From Curvularia clavata (Eukaryota): a DNA stretch of 64,000 bases. The notes under the pieces are model-generated. The model was not told the DNA's origin, made no database searches, and saw nothing but the letters and a program-made list of their open reading frames with translations. The DNA lies in NCBI GenBank assembly GCA_023920165.1, contig CP089275.1, positions 682,001 through 746,000 on the forward strand, read 5' to 3'. A program made the position numbers and the translations under genes. Shown here one piece after another: positions 59,601 to 64,000 of this stretch; the stretch's first letter is position 1; every line of letters starts with the position of its first letter.

Positions 59601-61043
59601 CTTGTCTCTGGTCTTTTCTTGTACTTTTCCCGTCATGATTGTATCGCCGTCCTTATCTTGGTTGTTGCGTTATTTCTTAGTGTTAGCTATATTAGGTCGG
59701 AACTGTCGCTTCCTTTGCTTATTACGTTCCTAAATCCTGTTGTCGATTCGCGTAGCTAGCTCGATCAGAGCTTGGAGTGTTACTAGCTTATCATAATGTA
59801 TTAGACCGTCTTTGACAATTTCCTTTAGATCATCTTCGAATACCGTTCGAAGAGCTGCGTCGTCCCAATCAATTCGCGCTTATAGCTGCTTAAACTCAGC
59901 TGTATAAGCCGAAACGGACGTGGTCTGCTTTAGACGTGTGATCGCTTTCTCTACTTGGTTCTTAGCGTCGACTTCTCCGAAGATACGTCCTATTTTATCC
60001 TTGAAGTTATTCTAACTTGCGAATAGAGCCTTGGTTTCTTCCTTAGTCTCTTTAGTCTTTATTAACGATAGGTAGTCCTCTATATATAGTTAGACCCAGT
60101 TAGCCGCTTTTCTTTTTATATGCGTACTGGCTATAAAGATCTTTTCCTAATTACTAGGTATCTTGTTGAATTCGCAGTATAGGTCGATGGTGGTGAGGAA
60201 CGTTCGTAGGTCGTTACGGTTTCCGTCATACTTCTCGGGAGTTGCTATCTTAGGTTTCTTAATAACCTTTTTATTTGGCGTAGCTATTAGCTAACTTATA
60301 AGCTGATTAACCATATTCTGCATTTCGATTATCTGCTATGCCTGAGCCTGGTGCTCGCGTCTAAGATTGGCAAGTTCCCACTCAGGAGTCCCTGGGGTAT
60401 GCTTGTTGCCCACTCCCTAGGTGCTTCTAGCCATGTTAATGTCCTGTGTGGGAGCCGGTCTCTGGACGTTGATATACTCGTTAGAGTTGCGTGATATGGT
60501 GATATCTCAATCAGACGCTTGGTGTTAAACCGCTTACCGAATCCGTGGGTGGTCAAAGTATTATATAGGGTCCTACGTTAGTAGGAATATACTTACCTAG
60601 CCTAGATTCCAGATTAGGGCGAGACTAATTTCTGCGAAGTATACCGTGAGGTAGTTATCTAGCGATTTGGTGGTAGAGAATAACAAAAATAGACAAAACC
60701 AATTCTATTAGAAGATAGAATAACTAGTATTAATCTAAGTATGAAAGGTAGCTATAAAAGATACTTTGCTAAGTTGACCACAACGAGTGTAATAATAAAA
60801 TCCAACATATTCTTATACCTATTGCCTTCTGGTCCTGCCATCCCATCCATCCTTTCTTAGCGGGAGGACCGGGATGGCGTTGCCATCCCTTCTTGCACTG
60901 CCATCCCGGATGGCCAGCCTTGGCGGGATGACACGTCACGTGACCTCTGCCCCGCAGAGGTCCTTACCCTTTGACGTGGTCGCCCGATGGTCTCTTACCA
61001 TGCGGCCTTCGTCAGGAGAGATCCTTCCTTGTTACTTGTAACA
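53682..61043 (-). mobile_element. Gypsy family A, second full-length copy, RIP-inactivated
   Basis: 485-bp LTRs 53682-54166 and 60559-61043, TSD CTTAT; collinear with 26454-32858 with many C>T/G>A changes. Confidence 0.95.
54306..54962 (+). pseudogene. Antisense Zn2Cys6-like ORF of the second Gypsy A copy (RIP stops)
   Basis: MPKVPSSRTQRVRA...YKRCKEKNLRCFIDTATGRYAGCISIKAECSLF; the lost Cys are TGT/TGC>TAT/TAC changes. Confidence 0.75.
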
Positions 61044-61560
61044 CTTATTTTTAAGTTTAGGTATTACAACTATATCGTCAAGACTAGGTTTAGGACTAGT
61101 AAGTTTAATATTAAGACGATAGAAGCGCTATCTCACACTAGGTGAGATAGAATTCAAGAACCGCTTCTATACGTCTTCGCCGTCAAGATTATATATAAAA
61201 CTCTTAAATAATTGTATATAGAATTAGAATATTATTAGTAATTTACTAACTAGAGCGTATAATAAAGTCCCTGTTCCTAGCAAAAGCGCAAAGTCTAGCT
61301 AAGGCTTATTCAGCTATAAGAACTGCATCTTCTATTATATAATACTTGCCGGATTGTTATATTACAGGCCGCCATCTTAAAATATACCTAATAATTCTAT
61401 AATCTAGAGTTTAAAGAACCTAATATTATTAGTAAATTAGTCTAGAACTAAAGCTTCTATACTTACTATAGCGCTGTAGAGGTACAGCATGCACTATAAG
61501 AGTTATTACATTATTAATAGAAAGCGAGGAAGACACTTACGCGTCACTTACAGTAACATC

Positions 61561-61907
61561 TGTTGTAGATAAGCTACTCAGCTACTCTACGATAGAATCT
61601 GGGTGCTTAGTCACACCCGGATTCTACAATCTATAGTCGATCTATCAAGACTATAATCGATCTATAGATATCTGTCTATGACGCCAAAGATTACGCAAGC
61701 TACTACTAGATAGATTCTTCTAGAATCTACTCCAGCCAATATATATAGTAGTAGAATAGCTAGTAGATAGAAACCAGAGCAGTTTATACAAAGTCAATCG
61801 TGTCCATCAACTCTCTCCCCTAGCAATCTCTCGTCTATCTAGAGTCTCTCGATCAGGCTGTCTAAGTCTACTACTAGTAGTACTAGCAGCCACCCATTAC
61901 TTCAACA
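61561..61907. mobile_element. Family D LTR with non-matching flanks
   Basis: TGTTG...TCAACA, homologous to 52741-53095; flanks are ACATC and AAAGT. Confidence 0.82.
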
Positions 61908-62553
61908 AAAGTACTAAAAAGTTTAAGAAAATACTCTAAACGTCTATAATAGATATTTACGCGCTTAAAGTGTCTACTATAATAGATTAAGACCTAAGCG
62001 ATAAGGAAGAGGACTAGGAGGAGTTAGAGAAGCCTAAAAACGTCTAGGTTAGCTCTAATTAAGCTAAGTTGCTTTAGTTACTACTATAGTACGAGGACTT
62101 TGTAGATTTAGCTTTAGAAGAGAATGCTAAGTGTCTTACTAAGTATAGCCCGTATAATTTAGTAATAACTTTAAAAAAAGATACTACGCCATTATATTAG
62201 CCGCTATATAGGCTCTTGAAGAGCGAGTTAGTGCTACTCTAGAATTACTTGCGTAAGTATCTCGCGAGAGGGTAGATTAGATATTCGAAATCGCCAGTAG
62301 ACGCACTAATACTCTTCGCGAAGAAAAAAGATAGTATAATAAGATTATATATAGACTATAGAGGTCTAAATAATATAACGCTTAAAAACTATTACTCTTT
62401 ACCCTTAATTACGGAGTCTTTAGATAGATTAGCTAAGGCAAAATTCTATACTAAGCTAGACGTCTAAGAAGCATATTATAGGGTGAGGATTAAGAAGGGA
62501 GACGAGTGGAAGATAGCTTTCCGCACTAGATATGGCTATTTTAAATATACTAC
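61908..62553 (+). mobile_element. Internal fragment of Gypsy family B (pre-RT/RT), RIP-mutated
   Basis: Collinear with about 37085-37730. Confidence 0.85.
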
Positions 62554-64000
62554 TGTAATAAAATTATTACTCTTTGTATACCTCTACACTCATCTCACCT
62601 CTTACAGCCGCTTGATATAGACTGTTTTGTGTTAAGAGTATGATCTCGAGTGGAAGTAATATAAGACTTCTAGTGTCAAGATCTTCTTAGGTTAGTTTTC
62701 GCGGATAAAGCAATAGTGTGTTATGAATAAAAGTTCTGTAGTAACTATTATATTATAGATACTATACTCGTAACTTAAATTAAATATATTAAGCTATAAG
62801 GGCCTAATATCTATTCCTATATATTTATAGTGCTCGCAACTCTTGGTTAGAAGAGTCTAAGTAATCCTCGGTAGCTTATGTATGAGGAGCATTCCTCTAT
62901 AGCTTAAGCACGAAGAGCCTGCCAAGACCCTTCCTTAGATATACGCTACTAAGGAGGTTACGTAATATATGCCCCTGCGTTACATATAGCTAGGTCAACT
63001 GGTCGTTAATACTTCTTAACTTAACTACTATACTTCTTCCTCCCTAGTTTATAATACTATCCTTCTCCTCCCTAAACTTATCCTCAAGCTTTTCCTTATA
63101 TCTAGCTAATAATATCTGCCCCCAGGTCTAAAGAATATCTTCGTCTTACTCTTAAGATTCGTCGTAACGGTCTCCCCGCGCCCGTCCCTTATAATTATTA
63201 TTTTGTAAATAACTATTAGTACGTTATAATGCCCAAAGTCGACGGCAAGTGTTTGAAGTGCTCTGAGTGCACTCGTCTAGATTATCTATGTATTAATATA
63301 TTATAGATGTCGTTAGATAAGACTTATAAAAAGTATTAAAAGAAAGTAGATAAAGATAAGTAATTATTAGCTTAAGTAATTTTGTGGTTAATGCGAAATA
63401 AGAAGATTCTAAAATAGACTAAGGAACGTACTGCGAAGAAGACTATGTATTTAGCGAATTCCTTACGCGAAAGTAGTAATAACGTAGACGCGCAAGAGTC
63501 CCTAAACTACCTTATAGCCAACGCGTTAGTAGAGTTCTCGTCTATTATATAGAGCACTTTAGATTCTCTAGACGCCCTAGCGTTGTCCTCGAATTCTAGT
63601 AATACTCCTATTTTTTCTTTCTAATAGTAAGTTCTTTTTATAGTTTTATAGTATCTTTTAATAATTACTAAGATTATCCTCTAGTTTCTATATATTTTTA
63701 CTATTATTATATCCTAACTATTTAACTAGATACTTGGTTTTGTTACGCGTAGTTTAGTATACTAGAATTTTCTCAACTTCAAATTCATCTTCTTCTTCTA
63801 GTTCGAAATAGAATATTTTTTATAATAGTATTTTAGAGTCTACTAGTTTTAATAACTTAATGTAAAACTTTAGATATATTTTTGTATCTAGTAGTAGATT
63901 AAGTATATAGGTAACTAGTCTATTTTAGATTTTAATTAAAAATAGCCTAATATAGATATTATCTAATCTCTTATTTGGTTGTATCGTGCGAAGGTTCTTT
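62554..64000 (-). mobile_element. 3' end of a third Gypsy chromovirus (family C), RIP-mutated; continues past the window
   Basis: Probable LTR from TGTAA at 62554 to about 63011; minus strand near 63.7-63.9 kb reads KFYIKLLK...EEEDEFEVEKIL (integrase tail/chromodomain). Confidence 0.7.

Noticed and set aside
35129..61048. Same TSD (CTTAT) for Gypsy B and the second Gypsy A copy, suggesting target specificity
   Set aside because: Other family A insertions have ATCAC, TTACC and YGCGC; coincidence in AT-rich DNA is sufficient
52741..61907. The two family D LTRs as the ends of one retroelement
   Set aside because: The left LTR has its own TSD on both sides (solo LTR), the outer flanks do not match, and no family D coding region was recognised between them

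Overview
Filamentous ascomycete DNA (spliceosomal introns, RIP-type C>T/G>A decay, fungal HET/NLR genes) from an accessory, transposon-rich region. Identifiable genes: a PaiB-like FMN/heme-binding protein, a stand-alone B3/4 tRNA-editing-domain protein, an NCS1 permease, a beta-lactamase/LovD-like hydrolase, a bHLH (probably broken), a CFEM/PTH11-like membrane protein, a HET protein, a HET-NACHT-ankyrin NLR with about 22 near-identical 99-bp repeats, and an intron-containing tRNA-Asp(GTC). Mobile DNA includes three Ty3/Gypsy chromovirus families (one nearly intact copy), solo LTRs, two pogo/Fot1 elements and a MITE-like foldback, deeply nested. Two observations stand out. (1) The first 16-17 nt of the tRNA-Asp recur as direct repeats at 3748, 9134 and 24090. 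Each is followed by a homologous leader of about 200-400 bp. This divides 3.7-43.1 kb into three tandem cargo-bearing segments, as expected if related elements integrated one after another into the tRNA 5' end and rebuilt it each time. (2) All three Gypsy families carry an antisense accessory gene between integrase/chromodomain and the 3' LTR, encoding a Zn2Cys6-like cysteine cluster plus a charged helical tail; one of these genes has three spliceosomal introns. All calls are by eye and no database searches were run.
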